In this document: positions 36,591 through 44,727 of the stretch, piece after piece
How positions within the stretch are numbered: position 1 is the first letter of the stretch
How the letters are laid out: every line of letters starts with the position of its first letter
From: an uncultured Muribaculaceae bacterium
Lineage (GTDB): Bacteria; Bacteroidota; Bacteroidia; Bacteroidales; UBA932
DNA: 64,000 nucleotides
Assembly (NCBI GenBank): GCA_964383385.1
Contig: CAYLGW010000006.1
Coordinates: forward strand, 21,113 to 85,112
Direction of reading: 5' to 3'
The notes under the pieces: generated by a model
The model's database searches: none
Seen by the model: the letters and a program-made list of their open reading frames with translations, nothing else
What the model was told of the DNA's origin: nothing
Program-made: the position numbers and the translations under genes

Positions 36591-38210
36591 CTATAATTGT
36601 ATAAAATCCATCTCAACACTCCTTTCCTGAGCGGTAAAAGCTATGCGAATCCCCTTCCCGGCGGCATATTTTTCATAACTCTCACATATCATTGAGATGA
36701 ATCCCGCAATATCTCCGTGCTTCCACTGCGGGTGAGCCACTCCGGAGGTTATTTTTGCAATATCGAGTATCTGATTAATAAGAACTAAAAGATTACTGCC
36801 GTGAGTCATAATATCCATCACATCCCTGCGTATACTCTCATCTCCCCCAGCCTGCTCAATAATATCTTGAGCCGCAGACCGAATAATAGTGAGCGGTGTA
36901 CGAAACTCATGCGTTATATTGGTAAAAAATAGGTCTTTAGACTTTTGCATTTCGTTCTGCAAAAGATACCTACGCCTGCGACCTCAGGAGAGAAACAGAA
37001 GAAATGCAATCAGGAAGATGAGCATAATCACAATAAATATTGAAACGATCATCACCACTCGCGTATGAGCCTGCTCCTGCTCATTCTTCAGAATAAGTTC
37101 CTCATTTTTGTATTTTGCATTGTATTGACTCAATAATTTTTCCAAATCATTGCCATACAATGTATCTTTTATCTCCGCGTAGCGGTGCAGGTGCCGTATA
37201 GCCTCTTCCTTATCAGTATGATTTAAAGCCTCATATAGGCCATATCTGGATTTACTTTCATTATAGAGATCTCTACGCTCTTTAAAAACCGCAAGTGCAT
37301 CTCTAAAATACTGTACAGCATCTCTATAATCCCCTCTTTTATTAAGCAAAGTGCCCATTTGATTATAACAGATGCTTAACGATTGCAGATTGCCCTCCTC
37401 TTTAAGAACAGGAATAGCCTTCAATAAAGAGAGTTCTGCTGCCTTACTCTCACCCAAAGCTATTTGGGCAGTAGCCATTTGAGAGAGACGGATCGCCGAT
37501 TTCCCTCTATTCCCCATCTCAGAATCTATATCATAAGCCTTTTGAGCATAGGAAAGAGCCTTTTTATCCTCCCCGAGACTGTGATAAATTCCCGAGGCCA
37601 TCCCATATTGAATAGCCACACGCCTGGTATCACGAACAGCCTCACTATTACAGATAGCTTCGAGAATATATTTTTCACCCTCCTTGGGCTCTTTAGCTGC
37701 AAGGTAAATACCCGCTATCGTATTTAATGTACTGCTTATTCTACTCTTATCACCAATCTTTTTATTTGCCTCCAAACTTTGCTTGGCATAGCTTAAAGCA
37801 AGTGTATAGTCGGCTTTACGAAAATAAAGTATTGAGAGCAAATTTTCACAATCGCTCCTCCGCATTTGATTCTGATTTTTTATGCATAAAGGTAAAGCCT
37901 TCTCCGAATAATTAATGGCTTTATCATACTCTTGCAGGTCATACAAATATTCTCCGGCCCAGTACCAAACAAACATCTTTATACTGTCCTAATTACTTTT
38001 AGAATTGAATTGAATGAGTTTTTCCGTGAATTCCTCGTTATGAAGCAACACAAAGAAATTGTTTGCCACGGTTATCTTCTCCTGGCGGCTCTTACTTGAG
38101 TCAAATTTTTGGAGTAAAGAATCAATATTATATGCTCCGGCCTCCGAGCCGGCAGATATAATAAAGAGGTATAATATAATATATTTAACTCTTCTCATCA
38201 TAAAAATCAA
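36591..38210 (-). pseudogene. decayed TPR-TM-HisKA sensor histidine kinase (two in-frame stops; HATPase domain missing)
   Basis: Three ORFs (37989-38210, 36984-37976, 36591-36962) share one frame. They are separated only by a TAG (37989-37991) and a TGA (36984-36986). Read-through gives ...FNSKSN*DSIKMFVWYW... and ...FLLFLS*GRRRRYLLQNEMQKSKDLFFTNITHEFRTPL. The frame ends right after the HisKA region with no ATP-binding domain. Confidence 0.8.
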
Positions 38211-38962
38211 TATTCGCAGGTGAGAATTTCCGAGCCGTTAAAGAGAAGATAGTTGCCTGTATTTATCCAGTCTCCAAGTAAAAACATACGGCCACCACTC
38301 TTTAAATCATATTGTGTTTTATAATGGAAATGCCCATATATAAAATAATCAATTTTAGACCCGGAGGGCTGCATTTGCTGAAGTCTCTCAGAAAACTTGA
38401 CTATCCGCTCATCTGCATTCTTAAAATCGTATGGCAAATTCTTTACAAGCCTATTATGCTTACTCCATTTTTGAGCCAGCATAAAGGCCCACCTGGGATG
38501 GATTCCGCTGAATAGTAACTGAAGAAATTTATTCTTGAAGATGGAATTCATAAATTTATAGCCATAATCTCCCTCTCCAAGCCCATCGCCATGCCCAATA
38601 CATAATTTCTTATCTCCGGCAGTAAAAATATATGGCTGTTCAAGTACTCTGACACCAATCTCTTTCTGGAGGTACGAATAGGTCCAAATATCGTGATTCC
38701 CATTAAAAAAATAGACTTCAACACCTCTGTCTACAAGCGCGGCAATAGCCCCTAATGTTCTTGTATAGCCTCTTGGTATGACATTTTTATACTCGTACCA
38801 GAAATCAAAAATATCACCAAGCAGGTAGACTGCCTTAGCCCCCTGAGGAATGGAATAGAGGAAGGCTGCGAATTTCTTCTCACGCTCCTCCGGCCCTTTA
38901 TAGTTGAGCCCTAAATGAATATCGGAGATAAAGTAATAAACTCCTTCCTCAATCACTGCCAT
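38207..38962 (-). CDS. lpxH: UDP-2,3-diacylglucosamine diphosphatase
   Basis: Metallophosphoesterase motifs in LpxH order (FISDIHLG, LLGDIFDFW, GNHD, GHGD, GHFH); 251 aa. Confidence 0.72.
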   Translation of the reverse strand: MAVIEEGVYYFISDIHLGLNYKGPEEREKKFAAFLYSIPQGAKAVYLLGDIFDFWYEYKNVIPRGYTRTLGAIAALVDRGVEVYFFNGNHDIWTYSYLQKEIGVRVLEQPYIFTAGDKKLCIGHGDGLGEGDYGYKFMNSIFKNKFLQLLFSGIHPRWAFMLAQKWSKHNRLVKNLPYDFKNADERIVKFSERLQQMQPSGSKIDYFIYGHFHYKTQYDLKSGGRMFLLGDWINTGNYLLFNGSEILTCEY

Positions 38963-39010
38963 ATCGGGATACTATTATAAGATATAATTACTATACAATT
39001 AAATTAAGGA

Positions 39011-39844
39011 TTAACAACAAATATTGGAAATTATGCACGCCACTCCCACAATAAAGCAATAAATAGCAAAACCCCACAATTTAAGATTCTTAACCAAATT
39101 TATCATTAGTTTGCAGGCAAAAAGCCCTGCAACGAAGGCCGAAATAAACCCAAGTAATAACGATATTGCGCTTAGACCTGATTCGGCAACCGAAAACTCC
39201 CCACCGGTCAGTTCGAGAAAAGCCTCACCCAAAACTGGAACAAGCACCATAAGAAATGAGAACTGAGCCACTTCCGATCTCTTAACCCCAAGCATCAAGC
39301 CGGTAGAGATAGTAGAACCGGAACGCGACAAACCAGGCATAACCGCTACCGCCTGCGCCAAACCTATAATAAAGGCATCTTTATAGGTAACACTCCTGCC
39401 AGACAAACCATCTGAACCGGCTGTCGCCGACCTTCTTGCCTCTCTTTTAGCCAATATCTCACTCAACGAAAGGAGAAGAGCGGTAAGAAGAAGCATAAGT
39501 CCCACAATAAAAAGCCCGCTACCGAACATACTCTCTACAAAATCTTTAAAAAACAGCCCGACTATTAGAACGGGAAGCATTGAAACGCAAATTTTAAAGA
39601 TATAATCCTTACCCGGATTCATTTTGAGATTGAATAAGCCCTCAATCAACCTCCATATCTCCTTTCTGAAAACAACTATTGTACTCAATACTGTTGCGGC
39701 ATGAACAATTACCTCAAAACTGAGATTTTGCTTTTGGACTCCAAAAAGAGCAGAAAAAATCGTAAGATGACCACTACTGCTTACAGGAAGAAACTCCGTA
39801 AGTCCCTGAACCAAGCCCATGATTATTGCCTCAATTTCTGTCAT
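39011..39844 (-). CDS. uppP: undecaprenyl-diphosphate phosphatase
   Basis: GLVQGLTEFLPVSSSGHL and PGLSRSGSTI motifs; 8-TM profile. Confidence 0.9.
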   Translation of the reverse strand: MTEIEAIIMGLVQGLTEFLPVSSSGHLTIFSALFGVQKQNLSFEVIVHAATVLSTIVVFRKEIWRLIEGLFNLKMNPGKDYIFKICVSMLPVLIVGLFFKDFVESMFGSGLFIVGLMLLLTALLLSLSEILAKREARRSATAGSDGLSGRSVTYKDAFIIGLAQAVAVMPGLSRSGSTISTGLMLGVKRSEVAQFSFLMVLVPVLGEAFLELTGGEFSVAESGLSAISLLLGFISAFVAGLFACKLMINLVKNLKLWGFAIYCFIVGVACIISNICC

Positions 39845-39846
39845 GA

Positions 39847-40119
39847 CTATTTCTGTTTTTTGAATTTACATACCTTCATTATAGCTACAATCTCCACAAC
39901 TATACCTCCCACTATTAAAATCGGGGCAAGAACTATTCTTCTGAAACTGAAAATAGCGGGGTTAAATAGATTCATATCGTCAGATCCGCCGCCGGCCATC
40001 AAAATATACCCGAGCACCATTACCCCGAGTCCTGCCAGAATATAAATAAAATTCTCTTTAGGTATTGCAAAGCGCTCCCCGGCAGCCTGCATCACCTCAT
40101 TATTTTTTTTTGTCGCCAT
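39847..40119 (-). CDS. DUF3098-like small membrane protein
   Basis: 90 aa with two TM helices, at the conserved position between ftsX and uppP in Bacteroidota. Confidence 0.65.
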   Translation of the reverse strand: MATKKNNEVMQAAGERFAIPKENFIYILAGLGVMVLGYILMAGGGSDDMNLFNPAIFSFRRIVLAPILIVGGIVVEIVAIMKVCKFKKQK

Positions 40120-40223
40120 ATTATTTTAAAATATATATTCACAAAATTATCTCCGCCCTCCCCAACAACCAGATTATTAATTCCGCAGATCTCTATATTA
40201 AAACCGCAGGATTATTTCAAATA

Positions 40224-41102
40224 CTAATAGTACAGATCACTGTTATTAAGTGTAATCATCTTGTTAACAACAAAATAAGTACAAATAACACAGATAAAAA
40301 TACCAAGCATTATCACTCCCCCCATAACTGCAATAAGGAGTCTTATATCCATCATCGAGAAGAGCTGAACAAACTCATTTTTAACCACAAAAAGAATCGC
40401 AAGGAGTGCCGTAGTTGCAAGAAGTCCGGCAATAAGCCCCTGAAAAATAGCCTTTATCACAAACGGGGCCCTGATAAAGGACTTGGTCGCTCCAACCAAA
40501 CGCATCGTATAAATTGAGAATCTTTTTGTATACACATTCAGACGAACCGTATTATTAATAAGCACAAAGGAGATAAACATAAGAAGAACAATAAATACAA
40601 CCAAAACCACTCCTATCTTCTCCATATTCCCATTAACAAGTTTAATTAGGGAGTCTTCATAAACAACATCATCCACCTTGGAGGTCTCCATCAGAACTGC
40701 CTTTACTTTTGTCAGGCTGTCCGGAGAAAAATAAGCCTCGTTAAGACGTATATCTACAGAAACAGGAATCGGATTAGAATCAAAAACAGACAAAAAATCC
40801 TCTCCGAGAAGAGTTTTCATCTCCTCAGTACCCTGCTCCTTTGAGATAAACTCCGCAGCACGTACAAATGGCAGACGGCTAATCTCTCCGCAAAACCGCT
40901 TACCCTCATTATCGCTTACATTATCCTTTAAGACCGTGGTAATCTTTATATTCTCCTTAAAGTACTTCGACACCGCCCTTGCATTAACCGCAAGAATACC
41001 AAAAATGCCGACCAATAACAAGACCAAGCTGATGCTGATGATAGATGACAAATAGGAATGTATCAGCCTTCTCGCAATAATATTTTTATCTTTTCCTCTC
41101 AT
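40224..41102 (-). CDS. ftsX: cell-division permease FtsX-like
   Basis: 292 aa. One TM helix, then a periplasmic domain, then three C-terminal TM helices with the MRLVGAT.SFIR.PF motif. Confidence 0.8.
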   Translation of the reverse strand: MRGKDKNIIARRLIHSYLSSIISISLVLLLVGIFGILAVNARAVSKYFKENIKITTVLKDNVSDNEGKRFCGEISRLPFVRAAEFISKEQGTEEMKTLLGEDFLSVFDSNPIPVSVDIRLNEAYFSPDSLTKVKAVLMETSKVDDVVYEDSLIKLVNGNMEKIGVVLVVFIVLLMFISFVLINNTVRLNVYTKRFSIYTMRLVGATKSFIRAPFVIKAIFQGLIAGLLATTALLAILFVVKNEFVQLFSMMDIRLLIAVMGGVIMLGIFICVICTYFVVNKMITLNNSDLYY

Positions 41103-41209
41103 AATATTTAAACTTCAAAGATATATAAAAATCATAAATTAAAGAATCTCTTTATAATTTGGATGCGCCGTAATTCAAAACAGATTCTAAATCTTTGAAT
41201 TATTTTTAC

Positions 41210-41217
41210 TACCTTTG
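41210..41217 (+). promoter_or_regulatory. candidate -7 box (TACCTTTG)
   Basis: TAnnTTTG 18 nt upstream of the ATG at 41236. Confidence 0.35.
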
Positions 41218-41235
41218 TGAAGTGAAAAAATAATT

Positions 41236-42072
41236 ATGGAAGAGATTAAGAGAGTTTTGTTTGTTAATTCCGAGATTTTCCCCTATTCTCAGGAATCACC
41301 GGCAGCAATTATCGGAAGATACTTGCCTCAGGGTATTCAAGAATCAGGAAAAGAGATTCGTTCATTTATTCCGCGATACGGCAATATAAATGAACGCAGG
41401 AATCAATTGCACGAAGTTATCCGTCTTTCCGGTATGAATATCGTAGTCAATGATGTTGACAGACCCCTCATTATTAAAGTTGCCTCAATATCTGCCGCAA
41501 GAATGCAGGTGTATTTTATTGATAATGATGATTATTTCCACAGAAAAGCCGTCTATTACGATTCTGAATCAGACCTTTTCTTTGAAGACAACGACGAACG
41601 TGCTATTTTCTTTGCAAGAGGTGTTTTAGAAACAGTTAAAAAGCTAAGATGGAAACCGGATATCATTCATTGTCAAGGTTGGATCTCAAACTTGATCCCA
41701 ATTTATCTAAAAAAAGCATATAAAGAAGATCCAATTTTCACAGAGAGCAAAGTAGTCCTGTCGCTATACGATGAGATTTCAAGAGAGAATTTCTCTCATA
41801 AAATGAAATCAAAAATAACAATGACAGGAATAAAAGCTAAGGACGTTGAGATATTAAATCAAGCTAATGGCATAAATCTTGCTAAACTTGCCATACAGTA
41901 TTCAGATGGTATAATTTACGGAAGTAAGGAGCTCTGCAGAGAGCTTTCAGGATGTATTAAGGAATCAGGACTCCCGGTACTTCCCTATCAGGAAATAAGC
42001 CAGACAAATACTGAATACATAGACAAGTATAACCAATTTTACAACAAAATTTTAGAGAATGACTCATTTTAG
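41236..42072 (+). CDS. glycogen/starch-synthase-like protein (GT5 N-terminal domain only)
   Basis: VLFVNSEIFPY... resembles the GlgA N-terminal Rossmann half. At 278 aa it has no C-terminal GT-B half. Confidence 0.6.
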   Translation: MEEIKRVLFVNSEIFPYSQESPAAIIGRYLPQGIQESGKEIRSFIPRYGNINERRNQLHEVIRLSGMNIVVNDVDRPLIIKVASISAARMQVYFIDNDDYFHRKAVYYDSESDLFFEDNDERAIFFARGVLETVKKLRWKPDIIHCQGWISNLIPIYLKKAYKEDPIFTESKVVLSLYDEISRENFSHKMKSKITMTGIKAKDVEILNQANGINLAKLAIQYSDGIIYGSKELCRELSGCIKESGLPVLPYQEISQTNTEYIDKYNQFYNKILENDSF

Positions 42073-43429
42073 CAAAGCACTTAGTTTTCCGGCCGTATTT
42101 GTTCTTGCTGCTGTTTCTGTAATATCTTGCATAACCGTAGACAAATCATTGGGATCGGGCAATATTCCTGACGACCAAAAACTCAAAATGGAGACCGCCT
42201 CTTTCAATATACCGGTCGACCTCAAAATGGCCGATAGCCTTCAGGGGGCCTCTACTTCATATCTAATGGTAGGAGCCATTAATACTGCCGAAATGGGGCT
42301 CGCACAGTTCAGTACAGCAGCCAATATAGTGCCTTACTATACCGGCACACGCTATGGACAAGATCCGGTAATCATCTCTACCTACATTGTATTTGTAAAA
42401 TCTGCATCTGTCACAATGGAGGATAACCAGGATGGTATAACACAAGATATATTTGTATATAGGTTAAAACAACCGCTCGATACAATAAACGTCTACAACA
42501 ACAGCATTAATTCATCGAGTTACTACCCTACCCCGCTAAATAATAAGGCAATAACCTATTACGGAGGGGATACTTTAAAGATATACCTAAATAATTCACT
42601 TGGTAAAGAACTTCTTACGGCAACCGACACGGAACTTGATTCGCTAAATCTCTTCAGTAAAAGATTCGGCGGGCTCTATGTTAAATCGAGTACACCTCCT
42701 GCCGGCATAATCGGAGGCAGATTGAATCAATTCTCATACGGAGACACCTATCTGTACCTTAAGTACAACTTTCAGCCAACATGGAAAAGCGGAATGGCAA
42801 GAAAAGATACAACCGTAGTTATGTCGTTCGGTTATAAATTCTGCCTCAATCTCTCCTCATATAGCACAGCCAATAAGGAGACTACAGTTGCACAGACAGT
42901 ACTTCCGGTAGAGGGCATCGGTGGTATTAAGCCGTATATTAAGATGGATGCTCTAAAGGATCAGATAGACGCATGGATAAAGGCAAAAGGTTACGATAGA
43001 ACAAAAATCCTTTTATCGAGAGCTACAATAACATTCCCTTTTAGTGCTCCGGAAAATATAGACAAGCTGACTCACTATCCGGCCTATTTATTTCCATGTT
43101 ATAGAAAAAAGGAAACAGACTATAATATCACCTACTATTACAATTGCGACGATATAAACTCAAATGGGAACGCCAAGGGTGTATTAGATAGAACATTTAA
43201 TTACTATTCCGGAGATATTACCTCCACTATCCAAAAAATGATTACCAAAGAGAGGTCGGAACTCGACAATACCTATAATTTCTGGTTGATGCCTATAAGT
43301 TCCTCAACAAATTCTTATGGTACTACCTCCTATTCGATTAATATTTTTGACTACAACGGAGGTCAATTGAATGGGCCAGCCTCATCCAATCCTCCTACGC
43401 TTCAATTATTCTATACTATAATGAAGTAA
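42059..43429 (+). CDS. DUF4270-like lipoprotein
   Basis: Lipobox (VISCIT), 456 aa. The pairing with the short GT5 gene is conserved in Bacteroidota (recollection-level call). Confidence 0.5.
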   Translation: MTHFSKALSFPAVFVLAAVSVISCITVDKSLGSGNIPDDQKLKMETASFNIPVDLKMADSLQGASTSYLMVGAINTAEMGLAQFSTAANIVPYYTGTRYGQDPVIISTYIVFVKSASVTMEDNQDGITQDIFVYRLKQPLDTINVYNNSINSSSYYPTPLNNKAITYYGGDTLKIYLNNSLGKELLTATDTELDSLNLFSKRFGGLYVKSSTPPAGIIGGRLNQFSYGDTYLYLKYNFQPTWKSGMARKDTTVVMSFGYKFCLNLSSYSTANKETTVAQTVLPVEGIGGIKPYIKMDALKDQIDAWIKAKGYDRTKILLSRATITFPFSAPENIDKLTHYPAYLFPCYRKKETDYNITYYYNCDDINSNGNAKGVLDRTFNYYSGDITSTIQKMITKERSELDNTYNFWLMPISSSTNSYGTTSYSINIFDYNGGQLNGPASSNPPTLQLFYTIMK

Positions 43430-43478
43430 TCTCTTCTGTAACGCAGTAAATTATACCAAATACGGTCTCAATATATGC

Positions 43479-43509
43479 AAATAAGCAGCCTTTCGGCTGC
43501 TTATTTTTT
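43479..43509 (+). terminator. rho-independent terminator after the DUF4270-like gene
   Basis: 12-bp stem (AAATAAGCAGCC / GGCTGCTTATTT), loop TTTC, then a T-run. Confidence 0.75.
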
Positions 43510-43510
43510 G

Positions 43511-43584
43511 TAGCGCGGCCCAGGATTGAACTGGGGACCTCATGATTATGAATCATGCGCTCTAACCAGCTGAGCTACCGCGCC
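43511..43584 (-). tRNA. tRNA with CAT anticodon (elongator Met, or Ile2 if lysidine-modified); CCA not encoded
   Basis: Hand-folded cloverleaf: GGCGCGG-TA-GCTC-AGCTGGTTA-GAGC-G-CATGA-TTCATAA-TCATG-AGGTC-CCCAG-TTCAATC-CTGGG-CCGCGCT-A. The anticodon stem lacks the three G-C pairs of initiator tRNA. Confidence 0.85.
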
Positions 43585-43593
43585 ATCATGTAG

Positions 43594-43664
43594 TTGAGAT
43601 ACCAGGACTCGAACCCGGACCAAGAGAGCCAGAATCTCTTGTGCTACCATTACACCATATCTCA
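43594..43664 (-). tRNA. tRNA-Gln (CTG anticodon); CCA not encoded
   Basis: Hand fold: TGAGATA-TG-GTGT-AATGGTA-GCAC-A-AGAGA-TTCTGGC-TCTCT-TGGT-CCGGG-TTCGAGT-CCTGG-TATCTCA-A. The U1-A72 pair is typical of tRNA-Gln. Confidence 0.8.
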
Positions 43665-43725
43665 ATATAAACTCTTCCAAAGTTTTGCATCTGCAGAGAT
43701 ACAGAGCATTTTTACTTTAGGGGTG

Positions 43726-43733
43726 CAAAGATA
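43726..43733 (-). promoter_or_regulatory. candidate -7 box (TATCTTTG) for the tRNA-Gln/tRNA-Met pair
   Basis: TAnnTTTG on the minus strand, 61 nt upstream of the tRNA-Gln 5' end. Confidence 0.4.
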
Positions 43734-43758
43734 TGAATTTTTTTTAAAAAACCCTCCT

Positions 43759-44250
43759 TTATAGATTTTTTTTAAGCAAAACGGTAGAATAAACGGCCAC
43801 TCCCTCCTCTCTACCCACAAATCCCGCACCCTCAGTAGTTGTCGCTTTAACGGAAACTCTCTCAAATGAAACCTCCATCACCTCTGCCAACGCACGACGC
43901 ATAGAGACTATATAGGGTGCCACTTTAGGCCTCTGTAAAAGAAGAGTACAATCTGCATTAACGAGTTCATAACCCTGCTCCTTTACCAGCATATAGGTAC
44001 GAGCTAAAAGAATTTTACTGTCTATATTCTTGAACTCTGCGGAACTATCGGGAAAATGCTTTCCAATATCTCCAAGAGCCAATGCACCAAGAAGTGCATC
44101 GCATAAAGAATGAATAAGGGCGTCACCGTCAGAATGGGCAATACAGCCTTTGGAATGCTCTATCTTTACCCCTCCAAGATAAAGCGGCAATCCATCCGCC
44201 AGCAAATGCACATCATATCCGTTTCCCACTCTGAAATCTACTTCTTGCAT
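43759..44250 (-). CDS. ispF: 2-C-methyl-D-erythritol 2,4-cyclodiphosphate synthase
   Basis: RVGNGYDVH...GGV.I....G..AHSDGDALIHSLCDALLGA...GDIGKHFPD. Confidence 0.93.
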   Translation of the reverse strand: MQEVDFRVGNGYDVHLLADGLPLYLGGVKIEHSKGCIAHSDGDALIHSLCDALLGALALGDIGKHFPDSSAEFKNIDSKILLARTYMLVKEQGYELVNADCTLLLQRPKVAPYIVSMRRALAEVMEVSFERVSVKATTTEGAGFVGREEGVAVYSTVLLKKNL

Positions 44251-44434
44251 CTTATAAAACTTATTTAATAGTTAAAAAGAACCTGCTTTCAGGCCATTAT
44301 TTATAACAAAACCCTCTATTAACAGTGTGATTATCTGAACAAAGGTTCTATGGGCAAAAATAGTAATTTTGTTTAGATAATGAAAGATAAAATTTGTTTT
44401 GATTAATCATAAAAATTTTATCTTTGCATTAATT

Positions 44435-44725
44435 ATGGGACTAATATTTTTCAAACAATCGGGACACAGAGTCTTCAACTACCAGCCGCTCTTTTATAAT
44501 GAGCGGAAAGAGAGACTCAACAAAAAAATGGAAGAGGCAGCAATGAAGGAAAAAGGAGAGTACGTGCCTGGGGCCAACATTAGAGGATCGTTCCAAAAGA
44601 TGAGATATGAGTCAAAGAGAGGAAAGGTGATCAATCCTGCAAAAAGAGTTTTGAATCTTCTCACATTGGCAATTATCCTCGTTGCCCTTCTTTATTTTAT
44701 TAAATACTACGGGTTGCTCTTTTAG
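44435..44725 (+). CDS. small tail-anchored hypothetical protein (start uncertain)
   Basis: C-terminal TM helix (LLTLAIILVALLYFIKYYGLLF). The ORF-track TTG start at 44399 lies upstream of a TATCTTTG box (44419-44426), so the true start is the ATG at 44435 or 44528. Confidence 0.4.
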   Translation: MGLIFFKQSGHRVFNYQPLFYNERKERLNKKMEEAAMKEKGEYVPGANIRGSFQKMRYESKRGKVINPAKRVLNLLTLAIILVALLYFIKYYGLLF

Positions 44726-44727
44726 AA

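Noticed and set aside
36984-36986. The in-frame TGA in the sensor kinase could be a selenocysteine or programmed read-through site.
   Set aside because: The same gene has a second in-frame stop that is a TAG and has lost its whole ATPase domain. The TGA sits in a TM/stop-transfer junction, not a redox motif. Pseudogenisation is the simpler explanation.
43662-43865. A 67-aa minus-strand ORF spans the tRNA-Gln 5' end and the ispF 3' region.
   Set aside because: It overlaps the tRNA promoter region and the ispF coding end in another frame, and its composition is not protein-like.
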